The notes under the pieces are model-generated. The model saw nothing but the letters and a program-made list of their open reading frames with translations, had not been told where the DNA came from and did not search any database. Of a stretch of DNA of 64,000 nucleotides, positions 9,906-20,886 are shown piece after piece. The stretch comes from Prochlorococcus sp. AG-355-B18 (GTDB lineage Bacteria; Cyanobacteriota; Cyanobacteriia; PCC-6307; Cyanobiaceae). Numbering within the stretch: the stretch's first letter is position 1; each line of letters opens with the position of its first letter. Where the stretch lies: assembly GCA_003280965.1 (NCBI GenBank), contig QCDI01000001.1:128001-192000 (forward strand). Reading direction: 5' to 3'. The position numbers and the translations under genes were made by a program.

Positions 9906-10463
9906 CTATATTAAGAAGTTAAATGATTCAATTACATTGCTAAACAAATTATCAACTTTATTCCATCTCTCTTCATTTGTTCCTACAGCGAAAGTATAAA
10001 GTGTTCCTCTATCAATTACAACAGTAGCTAATTCATGTCTTGCCTGTTCATTTAAATTTAATTCATACTCTAAATCATAAAAAATATGATTGGATGCTTC
10101 CCTCTTATTGGCATTTATAAGTTTTACCTCTCTACCTGAGCCTTCGGGAGCAATGACTTTATCTATTAATGTTTGACCAACTTCGCTTGGGCTCCCTAAT
10201 TGCTCTAATTGAACCTCTTTATTGACATCAGAAATCACTAAACTTAATGTTTCATTGCTATTGATCAAATCATGATAAATAATTTCAGGTCCTCCATCAA
10301 CTTTTACTCTAGTCCATCCTGTTGGATACAAAAAGGCATATCTACCATCTGGACTTTGATAAGCTTCTAATCCCGCATTTAGTCCGCCACTACAAGCACT
10401 CAGTGTTAAGCACAAAAAAACCAAAAATAAATATTTGAAAGGGTTAAATTTAATATTTTTCAT
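9906..10463 (-). CDS. psbP: Photosystem II PsbP-like lipoprotein (CyanoP)
   Basis: Lipobox LSAC, DGRYAFLYPTGW, C-terminal W...V.SF. Confidence 0.9.
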   Translation of the reverse strand: MKNIKFNPFKYLFLVFLCLTLSACSGGLNAGLEAYQSPDGRYAFLYPTGWTRVKVDGGPEIIYHDLINSNETLSLVISDVNKEVQLEQLGSPSEVGQTLIDKVIAPEGSGREVKLINANKREASNHIFYDLEYELNLNEQARHELATVVIDRGTLYTFAVGTNEERWNKVDNLFSNVIESFNFLI

Positions 10464-10566
10464 TTTGTTTGAAATTACTAACTAAAAACATAATAAGACA
10501 TTAAAAGCAAACAATTATGGCAATTCGGAATTTTGCGTCTAAATTATCTCTAGAAATAGTTTAATT

Positions 10567-11166
10567 TTGATTACTTATACCAAGCCACTTTCAAAATTAA
10601 TTGGTCATTTTGAGAAATTCCCAGGGATTGGTCCAAGAACAGCGCAACGATTAGCGCTGTTTATTTTAAAACAACCTGAAAGCACAATAAGGGATTTTTC
10701 AAAGGCCCTGTTAGAAGCTCATAGTAATGTCGGTCGTTGTAAAAAATGTTTCAATTTGACCTCAGAAGATGAATGTGAAATTTGTAGAAATTCTGAAAGA
10801 AACCACAAACTTATCTGTGTGGTAGCAGAAACCAAAGATTTACTTGCTTTAGAACGTGCTAGAGAATTTAAAGGTGTCTATCACGTTATTGGTGGTTTAA
10901 TATCCCCAATGGATGCTGTTGGCCCTGAACTCTTAGAAATAAGAAGCCTAGTAGAACGAGTTAGTAAGTCTGAAATAGAGGAGATCATATTGGCGTTAAC
11001 CCCAAGTGTTGAAGGAGATACTACAAGTCTTTATATTGGAAAATTGTTAGCCCCTTTTACTAAAGTTACGAGGATTGCTTACGGTCTTCCAATGGGTAGT
11101 GAACTTGAATATGTAGATGAAGTTACGCTTGCTAGGGCTCTAGAAGGAAGAACAAAACTAAATTAG
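10567..11166 (+). CDS. recR: Recombination mediator RecR
   Basis: [12 protein letters not shown]hH, C4 zinc finger CKKC..CEIC, Toprim domain, EYVDEVTL. Confidence 0.96.
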   Translation: MITYTKPLSKLIGHFEKFPGIGPRTAQRLALFILKQPESTIRDFSKALLEAHSNVGRCKKCFNLTSEDECEICRNSERNHKLICVVAETKDLLALERAREFKGVYHVIGGLISPMDAVGPELLEIRSLVERVSKSEIEEIILALTPSVEGDTTSLYIGKLLAPFTKVTRIAYGLPMGSELEYVDEVTLARALEGRTKLN

Positions 11167-11168
11167 AA

Positions 11169-12068
11169 ATGAGACAAAATAATCTAATCAAGAAAGAAAA
11201 AATCTTAAGACTTCCTTCTTGGATAAAATTTCCTATTAGTAAAGCTTCAGAGTTCGAAAAAGTACAAACACTTATTAAGAGATCAAATATTCATACTATT
11301 TGTGAAGAAGCAAGATGTCCAAATAGAGCAGAATGTTATGCCTCCGGCACAGCTACTTTTTTATTAGGTGGATCGATATGTTCTCGTTCATGTGCTTTTT
11401 GTCAGGTAAGTAAAGGTAGACCTAGTTCTATCAATATTGATGAATGTACTCAAGTCGCTGAAGCAGTGAAAGTACTAAATTTGAAATATGTTGTTTTGAC
11501 ATCTGTAGCTAGAGACGATCTCCCTGATCATGGTGCAAATTTATTTATATCTACAATTGATGAGATTAGAAAAATTGATTCAACAATTAAAATTGAAGTT
11601 TTAACTCCTGATTTATGGGGTGGAGGAAAAAATCTTGATGAAGCAAATAACCTTCAGACTGAGAGATTGAAGATGATTTTAGAAAAAGATCCAATATGCT
11701 TTAATCATAATCTTGAAACTGTTGAAAGACTGCAAAAAGAAGTTAGGAGGGGTGCAAATTACAAAAAATCCCTTAGTTTACTAAAAAAGTCAAAGGATAT
11801 TGCTCCTCATATTCAAACTAAATCTGGCATTATGTTAGGACTTGGGGAAACATTGGATGAAATAAAAAATACAATTTATGATCTTAAAAAAATAGATTGT
11901 GATCAAATTACAATTGGCCAATATTTAAGGCCCTCATTCAATCATTTGGAAGTTAAGAAATATTGGGATCCATCAGAGTTTGAATATTTATATCGCTTCT
12001 CTAAGGAATTAGGATTCAAAAAAATATCTTCTGGCCCTTTAGTTAGAAGTAGTTATCACGCGGGTTAA
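11169..12068 (+). CDS. lipA: Lipoyl synthase
   Basis: CEEARCPNRAEC, radical-SAM CSRSCAFC, C-terminal RSSYHA. Confidence 0.96.
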   Translation: MRQNNLIKKEKILRLPSWIKFPISKASEFEKVQTLIKRSNIHTICEEARCPNRAECYASGTATFLLGGSICSRSCAFCQVSKGRPSSINIDECTQVAEAVKVLNLKYVVLTSVARDDLPDHGANLFISTIDEIRKIDSTIKIEVLTPDLWGGGKNLDEANNLQTERLKMILEKDPICFNHNLETVERLQKEVRRGANYKKSLSLLKKSKDIAPHIQTKSGIMLGLGETLDEIKNTIYDLKKIDCDQITIGQYLRPSFNHLEVKKYWDPSEFEYLYRFSKELGFKKISSGPLVRSSYHAG

Positions 12069-12565
12069 CTTTCTTCAATTAAAGAGAGTTTCTTTTCAAG
12101 TCTTTTCAGTATGGAAATAGATTCCCCGTTCATAAGTGTACCTGCACCTCCCCAAACCAATCTTAATAAAAGATCTACTGGGCTAGAACCAACTTCTTTG
12201 ACAATTTTGAATCCTATTAACTTGAAATATCTTACAAGTTTTTTACTATACCCTTCACTATCAAAAATAGCTAACAGTCTTACTTTGTTGCTTGATTTTT
12301 TTTCAATTGCCCAAGCCATAGTTGTTGCCCATATTAATTCCGAAACAAAAGCAGGAGCTTTACTAAGGATTCTTAATGTATCGAGCTGAACACCTTTTTT
12401 ATTTAAATAAGTCCAACCTTTCATTTCGGCCCAAATCTTAATTATGTTATCTTTCTGTTCTGCAATCACGATTCTAAAGAAACATAATCCGATAGTTTCT
12501 CTAACTTGAATTTTAATTAATAATCCAATGGAACCTGCTAATTTTTCTAATTCTTCAACTTTCAT
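12065..12565 (-). CDS. Conserved hypothetical protein, possible degenerate GNAT fold
   Basis: 166-aa ORF ending a minus-strand gene run. LVRYFKLIGF and VWGGAGTLM segments. Confidence 0.75.
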   Translation of the reverse strand: MKVEELEKLAGSIGLLIKIQVRETIGLCFFRIVIAEQKDNIIKIWAEMKGWTYLNKKGVQLDTLRILSKAPAFVSELIWATTMAWAIEKKSSNKVRLLAIFDSEGYSKKLVRYFKLIGFKIVKEVGSSPVDLLLRLVWGGAGTLMNGESISILKRLEKKLSLIEES

Positions 12566-12583
12566 GATTTTGAAAATTAGTCC

Positions 12584-13510
12584 TTAATAGATTTTATGAT
12601 TTTTCTCTTTTGATCTATCGATTTGTTTTTGTCTTTCTTCAAACCTCTTCCTATCATCATCGCTGAATTGGTCTATGCAGAAATGGCATTGGATACCCTT
12701 TCTATATTCTTTTCTTTTTTGATCTTGAATTGAAATTGGCATTCCACAAGCATGACAAATCGAGTAAGAGCCTTTTTCTAAATCTTGATCTAAAGCAACT
12801 CTTTTATCAAAAACATAACATTCACCTTCAAATAAGTTTTTTTCTTTTGGTACATCGTCAAGGTATTGAAGGATACCCCCTTGTAGGTGATAAATATTTT
12901 TATAACCTTTCTTTTTCAGTAAACTAGTAGCTTTTTCACATCTTATCCCTCCGGTACAAAACATTGCTATATTTGCATTCTGTTTATTTTCTAAATGGGT
13001 TTTTAAATAATCATCTACCCACTTGGGGAATTCGCTAAAGTTTCTAGTATTTGGGTTTATAGAGTTCTGAAATGTACCTAAAGAAACCTCATAATGATTT
13101 CTAGTATCAATGACTATTGTATTTTGATTTTTAATTAACTTATTCCAATCAGCTGAGTCAATATAGGTCCCATTATTTTCTGCAGGGTTTATTTCAGGGA
13201 CACCCATGGTAACTATTTCTTTTTTGATTTTTATTTTTAATTTTTTGAAGACTTTCTCTTTTGAAAAGTTTACTTTAATATTCAAATTTCTATTACCTGC
13301 ATATTTATTAAGTAAATTGATAACAAAATCAATTACATTTTTCTTAGCACAAATAGTTCCATTAATACCCTCACTTGCAAAAATCAACAAACCTGAAAGA
13401 TCATTTTCATTTTCGATTTCTAATAATTTATTTTTTAGATCAAGAATTAAGTTTTCTTGAAATGAGAAGAAAGAGTAAAGAGAAACTATTTTATAATTTT
13501 TGCCTTTCAT
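12584..13510 (-). CDS. trhO: Rhodanese-related tRNA uridine(34) hydroxylase (TrhO/YceA family)
   Basis: [46 protein letters not shown]. Confidence 0.88.
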   Translation of the reverse strand: MKGKNYKIVSLYSFFSFQENLILDLKNKLLEIENENDLSGLLIFASEGINGTICAKKNVIDFVINLLNKYAGNRNLNIKVNFSKEKVFKKLKIKIKKEIVTMGVPEINPAENNGTYIDSADWNKLIKNQNTIVIDTRNHYEVSLGTFQNSINPNTRNFSEFPKWVDDYLKTHLENKQNANIAMFCTGGIRCEKATSLLKKKGYKNIYHLQGGILQYLDDVPKEKNLFEGECYVFDKRVALDQDLEKGSYSICHACGMPISIQDQKRKEYRKGIQCHFCIDQFSDDDRKRFEERQKQIDRSKEKNHKIY

Positions 13511-14514
13511 AAAGAAGATAATGTTTTTTCACTAGTTTCAAAATCTTTGTTAAATGATACTCCTACCTCTTTAAGAAGTTTTCTGTCTGATTGAAAAGAT
13601 GGATTTGAAGTTGTGAGTAACTCATCTCCATAAAAAATTGAATTTGCCCCACATTGAAAACATAAAATTTGGGCTTCTTTTGAAAGCTTTTCTCGCCCTG
13701 CACTTAATCTTATTTTACTTTTAGGCATAAGAATTCTTGCTGTAGCTATCATCCTTATCATTTCAATAGAATCAATTTCTTGATTATTTTCTAAACCAGT
13801 ACCTTCAATAGCTACTAGTGAATTTATAGGAACACTTTCAGGGTGTGGATTCATATTTGAAAGCACTTCCAAAAGAGATGCTCTATCGCCATTAGTTTCA
13901 CCCAAGCCTATTATCCCTCCACAACAAACATTTATTCCTGCATTCCTCACCCTTTTGATAGTATCTAATCTGTCTTGATAAGTTCTAGTCGTAATAATAT
14001 TTTTATAATGCTCAGGACTAGTATCAAGATTGTGGTTGTATGCGGTCAAACCTGCATCAGCCAGTCTGGAAGCTTGTTCTTCTGTAAGCATCCCAGCAGT
14101 AACGCATGCTTCCATCCCTAAATCTCTTACACCGCTGACCATCTCTAACATTGCATTAAAAGATTTCCCATCTCTAATTTCTCTCCACGCCCAACCCATA
14201 CAAAACCTATCTGCACCCTCATTCTTTGCTATTTGAGCTCTTGCTAAAACCTCTTCAACTTGAAATTGTGGATGACTTTTGATTTCGCTAGCACTATAAA
14301 TTGATTGGCTACAGTAAGAACAATTTTCTTCACATCCACCTGTTTTTACGCTGAACAATGATGCTAATTGAATGTAGTATTTGTTAAATTTCCTGTGAAC
14401 GGTTTGTGATTCCCACATTAAATCTATAAGAGGCATATTAAGTATTTCTAATATCTCCTCTTTATTCCAATCGAACCTAATTTCTTTTAATAACTGATTA
14501 TCCGAATTAGCCAT
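13507..14514 (-). CDS. bioB: Biotin synthase
   Basis: [35 protein letters not shown]. Start at ATG 14514 avoids overlap with uppS. Confidence 0.95.
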   Translation of the reverse strand: MANSDNQLLKEIRFDWNKEEILEILNMPLIDLMWESQTVHRKFNKYYIQLASLFSVKTGGCEENCSYCSQSIYSASEIKSHPQFQVEEVLARAQIAKNEGADRFCMGWAWREIRDGKSFNAMLEMVSGVRDLGMEACVTAGMLTEEQASRLADAGLTAYNHNLDTSPEHYKNIITTRTYQDRLDTIKRVRNAGINVCCGGIIGLGETNGDRASLLEVLSNMNPHPESVPINSLVAIEGTGLENNQEIDSIEMIRMIATARILMPKSKIRLSAGREKLSKEAQILCFQCGANSIFYGDELLTTSNPSFQSDRKLLKEVGVSFNKDFETSEKTLSSL

Positions 14515-14518
14515 TTTA

Positions 14519-15322
14519 TTAGGAAGAATATTGAGAATCTTCATAAGATTCATTTGGTAATGATTCTATACCGCCGAAACGTCTATTCCTTGATTGGTAA
14601 TCAATTATTGCTTTTAGAAATTCAAACTCATTAAAATCTGGCCACAGAATGTCAGTTATATAAATTTCTGAATAAGCTAATTGCCATAAAAGAAAGTTAC
14701 TTATTCTTTTTTCTCCACTAGTTCTTATTAGTAATTCAGGATCCTTAATTCCTTGAGTTAATAGCTCTGAATTAAATAGTTCTTCATTAACTTCACTTGG
14801 TTTTATTTCCCCAGAAGAAGATTTTAATGCTAATTCTTTTGCAACTTTTACTATTTCTTGCCTACCTCCGTAATTCGCACAAACGTTTAATAAAAAGGAA
14901 TTATTATTTTTTGTTAGAGATTCCGAGCTATATATTAATTGTTTTAGATCATCTGGGAAAGGAGATAAATCTCCGATTAATTTTATTTTAATTAATTCTT
15001 GATGGATCTCTTCGATTTCGTTTTTCAAGACTTCTCTGAAAAGGTTTATAAGGAAATCAACCTCTTTCGTTGGCCTTGTCCAATTTTCAGTTGAAAAAGC
15101 ATAAACAGTAAGTACCTTACAACCTAAATTTTTTGATGCTTTAAGAATTTCTTTTAATACGCTGACTCCCTTGTTATGACCAAATGATCTAGGTAAGCCT
15201 TTTTTTGTAGCCCATCGCCCATTCCCATCCATAATTATTGCGACATGTTCTGGCACTTTTTGCTTATCTATTCTTTTGGATAAGTCAGTATTTTTCTTGT
15301 AAATTATTTTACCAAAACTCAT
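14519..15322 (-). CDS. uppS: Isoprenyl transferase (undecaprenyl diphosphate synthase)
   Basis: [42 protein letters not shown]. Confidence 0.95.
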   Translation of the reverse strand: MSFGKIIYKKNTDLSKRIDKQKVPEHVAIIMDGNGRWATKKGLPRSFGHNKGVSVLKEILKASKNLGCKVLTVYAFSTENWTRPTKEVDFLINLFREVLKNEIEEIHQELIKIKLIGDLSPFPDDLKQLIYSSESLTKNNNSFLLNVCANYGGRQEIVKVAKELALKSSSGEIKPSEVNEELFNSELLTQGIKDPELLIRTSGEKRISNFLLWQLAYSEIYITDILWPDFNEFEFLKAIIDYQSRNRRFGGIESLPNESYEDSQYSS

Positions 15323-15325
15323 ATG

Positions 15326-16234
15326 TTAATCCTTTATATTTGAAAAGCTTTCTGATTTAATTGACTCTTTTTCATTAATATCACTGATAATATTATCATT
15401 AGAGTTTGTCTTATGGGATATGGCATTTTTACTTAAAGTTGATTTACTATTACCCATAGAGTTTTGATTTCCAATCAAATTTTCGAGAAGTTCTTGTAAT
15501 CGACTGCTAGTAATTGGCCTCTCAAGCTTCCCCTGGTTTGCTAATGATAACGTACCTGTTTCTTCAGAAACAACTATACAAATACACCTATCAAATCTTT
15601 CCGTAATTCCTAATGCAGCTAAGTGTCTCGTGCCATATCTACTAATTCCTTGCCTTGAGAGAGGCAGTATTACTCCAGCAGATATTATTTTATTACCTTT
15701 AACAAGAACTGCCCCATCATGTAGAGGTGTATCTGTTGCAAAAAGATTTATCAAAAGGTCAGTAGATAGTTGAGCTTCAATATTTGTCCCTGAATATAAA
15801 AAATCTTCAGGCCTCAAATCACTACCTAAATCTACTACGATTAAAGCTCCTTTTTTATTTTTGGAGAGTTTACCAGCAGCATCAACTAACTGAATAATAG
15901 TAGTTGAAGTTGCTCTAAATTCTTTTGGAGGGTTTCCTAGTAAGACTGCTAGCCTTCCAGTCCCTAATAATTCCATTAATCTTCTTAGTTCTCCTTGCCA
16001 AAGTATTGCTAAGGAAAGAGAGCAAGCGAGTACTACAGCATCAATTAATTTTGATGTTAATGGGAGGTAAGCATATCTTTGTATAAACCATGCTGATGAA
16101 ACTAAAAATAAATATCCTCTCAAAAGCCATAATGTCCTCTGTTCTTTAACTCTAGAAAATAATAAAAGTCCAAACCCAACAGCAAATAAGACATCTAATA
16201 AAAGCTTTAAATTTATAAACCCCCAGAAATTCAC
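15326..16234 (-). CDS. cdaA: Membrane-bound diadenylate cyclase
   Basis: Three N-terminal TM helices, TPLHDGAV, GTRHLAA, VVSEETG. Lies in the lysA-cdaA-uppS order known in cyanobacteria. Confidence 0.9.
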   Translation of the reverse strand: MNFWGFINLKLLLDVLFAVGFGLLLFSRVKEQRTLWLLRGYLFLVSSAWFIQRYAYLPLTSKLIDAVVLACSLSLAILWQGELRRLMELLGTGRLAVLLGNPPKEFRATSTTIIQLVDAAGKLSKNKKGALIVVDLGSDLRPEDFLYSGTNIEAQLSTDLLINLFATDTPLHDGAVLVKGNKIISAGVILPLSRQGISRYGTRHLAALGITERFDRCICIVVSEETGTLSLANQGKLERPITSSRLQELLENLIGNQNSMGNSKSTLSKNAISHKTNSNDNIISDINEKESIKSESFSNIKD

Positions 16235-16262
16235 ATCAAAATCAAAATTAATCTAAATGTAC

Positions 16263-17636
16263 CTAATTTTGTTTAATAAAGCGATCAGGTAAGACATCAT
16301 ATTTTAGAAGATCTAAAGGACTTTCTCTTTTTTGAATAATCTCAGCTTCACCATCACAAACTAAAAGAGTAGCTGGTCTAGGAATCCTATTATAATTTGA
16401 ACCCATAGAGTTATTGTATGCACCAGTACCAAAAACACATATTAGATCTCCTGTTTTGCAATTTGCTAGCTCTATCTCTTTAAACAATACGTCTCCTGAT
16501 TCGCAGTGCTTGCCAGCGATAGTAAATTTATTTTTGGAATTTATATTGAAAGGATTTCTAACCAAACATGCAGAATAACTTGATTGATATGTTATTGGTC
16601 TTGGATTATCACTCATCCCACCGTCGACAGATAAATATGTTCTGATCCCAGGAATTTTTTTAAAGGCTCCTATTTTATAAATTGTAATTCCTGAAGTAGA
16701 TACAATAGATCTTCCTGGCTCACACATCAATGTAGGTAAATCTAAATTATGTTTATTGCAAGCTTTAAGAACCGAGGTGGAAATTGTTCTTACCCACTCA
16801 TCGATTGAAGGAGGGTCGTCATCTTCTACATATTTAATACCTAAACCTCCTCCTACATTTAGTTTTTCAATGTAATGTCCATATTTTTTGGCGTCTAAAA
16901 TAACACTAACCATTATTTCACCCAGATCCTTATGTGGGTCTAGTTCAAAAATCTGGGAACCGATATGAGCATGTAATCCATTTAATTTAAGATGTTTGGT
17001 ATTACTAATTCTTTGAAATAGGGTATTTAAATATTCAATCCCGAAACCAAATTTGCTATCAAATGATCCTGTCCTTATATATTCATGAGTGTGGCATTCT
17101 ATTCCAGGAGTAAAGCGAATCATTATCTCTAAGTCACGATTAAATGAATTTGAGATTTCTTCCAATCTTTCTAAGTCATAATCGTTATCAACTATTACAT
17201 TAATATTATTTTTAACTGCAAACTCTATTTCTTTGTCTGATTTATTATTTCCATGAAAAACAATTTTCTCGTTTGGCACCCCACCTTTGAGTGCAGTTAA
17301 AAGTTCTCCTTCTGAAACCGCATCAAGTCCTAAACCCTCTGAGGAAACGAGGTTGCTCATGAAGATAGAACTATTTGCTTTAGAAGCATATATTGGAAGT
17401 GATTTTCCAGGATAATATTTCTCCAATGCTTTTTTATAAGCTCTACAAGATTTTCTTAAAGTAATTTCATCCAAAATGTAAAGAGGAGAATCATATTTTT
17501 TAACTAATTCTTCAATTGAGCATCCACCAATTGATAACTTCCCATCACTTCCGATAGATGTAGTAATAGGGACTATGTTTTTGTTTGGACTGTCTACATC
17601 AATCTTTTGTTTTAAGAAGGATTCCTTTTCTTCCAT
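16263..17636 (-). CDS. lysA: Diaminopimelate decarboxylase
   Basis: YASKA PLP lysine, HGNNKS, HAHIGSQI, EPGRS, GKHCESGD, GAYNNSMGSNYN. Confidence 0.95.
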   Translation of the reverse strand: MEEKESFLKQKIDVDSPNKNIVPITTSIGSDGKLSIGGCSIEELVKKYDSPLYILDEITLRKSCRAYKKALEKYYPGKSLPIYASKANSSIFMSNLVSSEGLGLDAVSEGELLTALKGGVPNEKIVFHGNNKSDKEIEFAVKNNINVIVDNDYDLERLEEISNSFNRDLEIMIRFTPGIECHTHEYIRTGSFDSKFGFGIEYLNTLFQRISNTKHLKLNGLHAHIGSQIFELDPHKDLGEIMVSVILDAKKYGHYIEKLNVGGGLGIKYVEDDDPPSIDEWVRTISTSVLKACNKHNLDLPTLMCEPGRSIVSTSGITIYKIGAFKKIPGIRTYLSVDGGMSDNPRPITYQSSYSACLVRNPFNINSKNKFTIAGKHCESGDVLFKEIELANCKTGDLICVFGTGAYNNSMGSNYNRIPRPATLLVCDGEAEIIQKRESPLDLLKYDVLPDRFIKQN

Positions 17637-17722
17637 GTGTATATCTTAAATAATGTAATTCTTAATTTGTCATATTTTATAATGACTTTAATTTAAAAAT
17701 TTTAATATTTGTCTACTATAAA

Positions 17723-18163
17723 ATGATATCCATTAAATCTATAAATGAGAAAGATATTGATTTATGTTATGAATTAGATTTAAATACAATTTCGTTATGG
17801 AGTAAGAAGCAGTGGACTAAGGAATTTAAAAAAGAGGGTATAAAAGTCTTTGGGATATTACTTTCAAATAATGTAATAGGGATATGTGTTTTTCATGTGG
17901 TTCTTGATGAAGCTCAAATAAATTTTTTTGCAGTAAGTCATAAATACAGGAAAAAAGGTTTTGGAACTTACCTTATGAGTTATCTAATTAATGAATGTAA
18001 AAAATTAAATATACATAAATTACTTTTAGAAGTCTCTCATACTAATTCTACAGCTGAGAAATTTTATAGTCGCTTTGAATTTTCTACTGTAGGGATAAGA
18101 AGAAATTATTATAAGGACGGTTCAGATGCACTCTTAAAAGAAAAAAAATTAACAACTAAATAA
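17723..18163 (+). CDS. rimI: RimI-family GNAT N-acetyltransferase
   Basis: AVSHKYRKKGFG, LEV..N..A..FY..F, RRNYYKDGSDA. Confidence 0.85.
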   Translation: MISIKSINEKDIDLCYELDLNTISLWSKKQWTKEFKKEGIKVFGILLSNNVIGICVFHVVLDEAQINFFAVSHKYRKKGFGTYLMSYLINECKKLNIHKLLLEVSHTNSTAEKFYSRFEFSTVGIRRNYYKDGSDALLKEKKLTTK

Positions 18164-18178
18164 TATAAATATTTAATT

Positions 18179-18194
18179 GTTCGGATAACCAGAA
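18179..18194 (+). promoter_or_regulatory. K-box-like element GTTCGG-ATAA-CCAGAA upstream of clpC
   Basis: One mismatch to the cyanobacterial K-box GTTCGG-NNAN-CCNNAC. Followed by TTGAAA(18198-18203)-N17-TATATC(18221-18226). Confidence 0.5.
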
Positions 18195-18342
18195 TGCTTG
18201 AAATTACTGTAATTTATTGCTATATCACTAAAAAAGTTAAATTTAATTCAATAAATTATATTTTTGGGTATTCACAAAAGCTCATTCTGAACACAAAATT
18301 GACATATTACTGGTAGGTTATTAGTAGGAATATAATCTTCTA

Positions 18343-20871
18343 ATGTTTGAAAGATTTACAGAAAAAGCAATAAAAGTCATCATGCTTGCTCAGGAGGAAG
18401 CTAGAAGACTTGGTCATAATTTCGTTGGAACAGAACAAATTCTACTAGGTTTAATTGGAGAAGGTACAGGGGTTGCAGCAAAGGTTCTTAAATCACTAGG
18501 AGTTAATCTAAAAGATTCAAGAATAGAGGTAGAAAAGATAATTGGTCGAGGTTCAGGTTTTGTTGCTGTAGAAATACCTTTTACCCCTAGGGCTAAAAGA
18601 GTTTTAGAGTTATCCTTAGAGGAGGCTCGTCAATTAGGTCATAATTATATAGGTACTGAACACCTTTTATTAGGTTTAATAAGAGAAGGCGAAGGTGTTG
18701 CAGCAAGAGTTCTTGAAAATCTTAGTATTGACCTTACCAAGGTTAGAACACAAGTTATAAGGATGCTTGGTGAAACAGCTGAAGTGGGTAGTGGAGCAAA
18801 TCCAACTAAAGGTAATTTAAAAACTGCTACTCTCGATGAATTTGGAACAAATCTAACAAAATTAGCTAGTGAATCAAAACTAGATCCAGTTGTCGGCCGT
18901 TATGCGGAAATAGATCGCGTAGTTCAAATATTAGGCAGAAGGACAAAAAATAATCCAGTTCTTATTGGAGAACCTGGCGTAGGGAAAACAGCTATAGCAG
19001 AGGGTTTAGCCCAAAGAATACAGCTTGGGGATATTCCAGACATACTTGAAGATAAAAGAGTTTTGACTCTTGATATAGGCCTTTTGGTTGCTGGAACAAA
19101 ATATAGAGGAGAATTTGAAGAAAGATTAAAAAAGATAATGGAAGAAATCAAATCTGCAGGAAATGTTATTCTTGTCATAGACGAAGTTCATACTTTAATT
19201 GGTGCTGGAGCTGCTGAAGGAGCTATAGACGCTGCAAATATCCTTAAACCAGCCTTAGCTAGAGGAGAACTCCAATGTATTGGGGCTACAACTCTAGATG
19301 AATACAGAAAACATATTGAGAGAGATGCTGCTCTTGAAAGAAGATTCCAACCCGTCATGGTTGGGGAACCATCTATTGAAGATACAATCGAAATCTTAAA
19401 AGGTCTTAGAGAACGTTATGAACAACATCATCGACTAAAAATCACTGATGATGCTCTTGAGGCTGCAGCTCATCTAGGTGACCGCTACATATCTGATAGG
19501 TTTTTGCCTGATAAGGCTATAGATCTTATAGATGAGGCAGGTAGTAGAGTTCGTTTGATAAACTCAAAACTTCCTCCCGAAGCTAAACAAATAGATAAAG
19601 AATTAAGACAGATTCAAAAACAAAAGGAAGAATCTGTAAGGGACCAAAACTTCGATCAGGCTGGTCAATTAAGAGAAAAAGAGATGGAATTGTCTGCAAA
19701 AATCAAAGAGGTACTTGAAAATAAAAAAGAATCTACATCTGAAGATGAATCTATTAACGATACAAACTCAGTAAATAATGATCCAAAACTCATACAAAAC
19801 CCTATGGTTAGTGAAGAAGATGTAGCTCATATTGTTGCATCTTGGACTGGTGTACCAGTACAAAAATTAACTGAAACAGAATCAGTCAAACTTCTCAATA
19901 TGGAGGAAACTCTTCACCAAAGGCTAATAGGACAAGATGAAGCTGTAAAAGCTGTTTCTAGAGCAATAAGAAGAGCAAGAGTCGGTTTAAAGAATCCTAA
20001 TAGACCAATTGCTAGTTTTATATTTTCTGGCCCTACTGGTGTAGGTAAAACTGAATTAACTAAATCATTAGCCTCATATTTCTTTGGCAGCGAAGAAGCA
20101 ATGATTAGGTTAGATATGTCAGAATTTATGGAAAGACATACAGTCAGTAAACTTATAGGTTCACCTCCGGGATATGTTGGATTTAATGAAGGTGGTCAAC
20201 TTACTGAGGCAGTTAGAAGAAGACCTTATACTGTTGTATTATTCGACGAAGTAGAAAAAGCTCACCCAGATGTATTTAATCTACTTTTGCAACTTCTTGA
20301 GGATGGTAGATTAACAGACTCCAAGGGTAGAACTGTAGACTTTAAAAATACCTTACTAATAATGACTTCCAATATCGGTTCAAAAGTGATCGAGAAAGGC
20401 GGTGGTGGTTTAGGATTTGAGTTTTCCGGTGATTCTGTTGAAGATAGTCAGTACAACAGAATTAAATCATTGGTTAATGAAGAACTAAAGCAATACTTCA
20501 GACCTGAATTTTTAAATAGACTTGATGAAATTATTGTCTTTAGGCAACTATCAAAAAATGAGGTTAAAGAAATTGCTGAAATAATGTTGCAAGAGGTTTT
20601 TGCAAGATTACAAGATAAAGGCATTAAATTAGATGTAACAGATGCTTTCAAAGAAAGACTGGTTGAAGAAGGCTATAACCCATCTTATGGAGCAAGACCT
20701 CTAAGAAGAGCTGTTATGCGCTTACTAGAGGACAGTTTGGCTGAAGAAGTTCTTTCGGGAAGAATAAAAGATGGCGATAAGGCTTTAGTTGATATAGATG
20801 ATAATAAAAAGGTAACAATTAATATTTCGTCTGAAGAATCCCCTCAAGAGTTAGCTGGTGCTAATGTCTAA
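18343..20871 (+). CDS. clpC: ATP-dependent Clp protease ATP-binding subunit ClpC
   Basis: [25 protein letters not shown], two AAA+ modules ([16 protein letters not shown]), UVR coiled coil, GLGF ClpP-binding loop. Confidence 0.97.
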   Translation: MFERFTEKAIKVIMLAQEEARRLGHNFVGTEQILLGLIGEGTGVAAKVLKSLGVNLKDSRIEVEKIIGRGSGFVAVEIPFTPRAKRVLELSLEEARQLGHNYIGTEHLLLGLIREGEGVAARVLENLSIDLTKVRTQVIRMLGETAEVGSGANPTKGNLKTATLDEFGTNLTKLASESKLDPVVGRYAEIDRVVQILGRRTKNNPVLIGEPGVGKTAIAEGLAQRIQLGDIPDILEDKRVLTLDIGLLVAGTKYRGEFEERLKKIMEEIKSAGNVILVIDEVHTLIGAGAAEGAIDAANILKPALARGELQCIGATTLDEYRKHIERDAALERRFQPVMVGEPSIEDTIEILKGLRERYEQHHRLKITDDALEAAAHLGDRYISDRFLPDKAIDLIDEAGSRVRLINSKLPPEAKQIDKELRQIQKQKEESVRDQNFDQAGQLREKEMELSAKIKEVLENKKESTSEDESINDTNSVNNDPKLIQNPMVSEEDVAHIVASWTGVPVQKLTETESVKLLNMEETLHQRLIGQDEAVKAVSRAIRRARVGLKNPNRPIASFIFSGPTGVGKTELTKSLASYFFGSEEAMIRLDMSEFMERHTVSKLIGSPPGYVGFNEGGQLTEAVRRRPYTVVLFDEVEKAHPDVFNLLLQLLEDGRLTDSKGRTVDFKNTLLIMTSNIGSKVIEKGGGGLGFEFSGDSVEDSQYNRIKSLVNEELKQYFRPEFLNRLDEIIVFRQLSKNEVKEIAEIMLQEVFARLQDKGIKLDVTDAFKERLVEEGYNPSYGARPLRRAVMRLLEDSLAEEVLSGRIKDGDKALVDIDDNKKVTINISSEESPQELAGANV

Positions 20872-20886
20872 TTATTCAAAGTAGAT

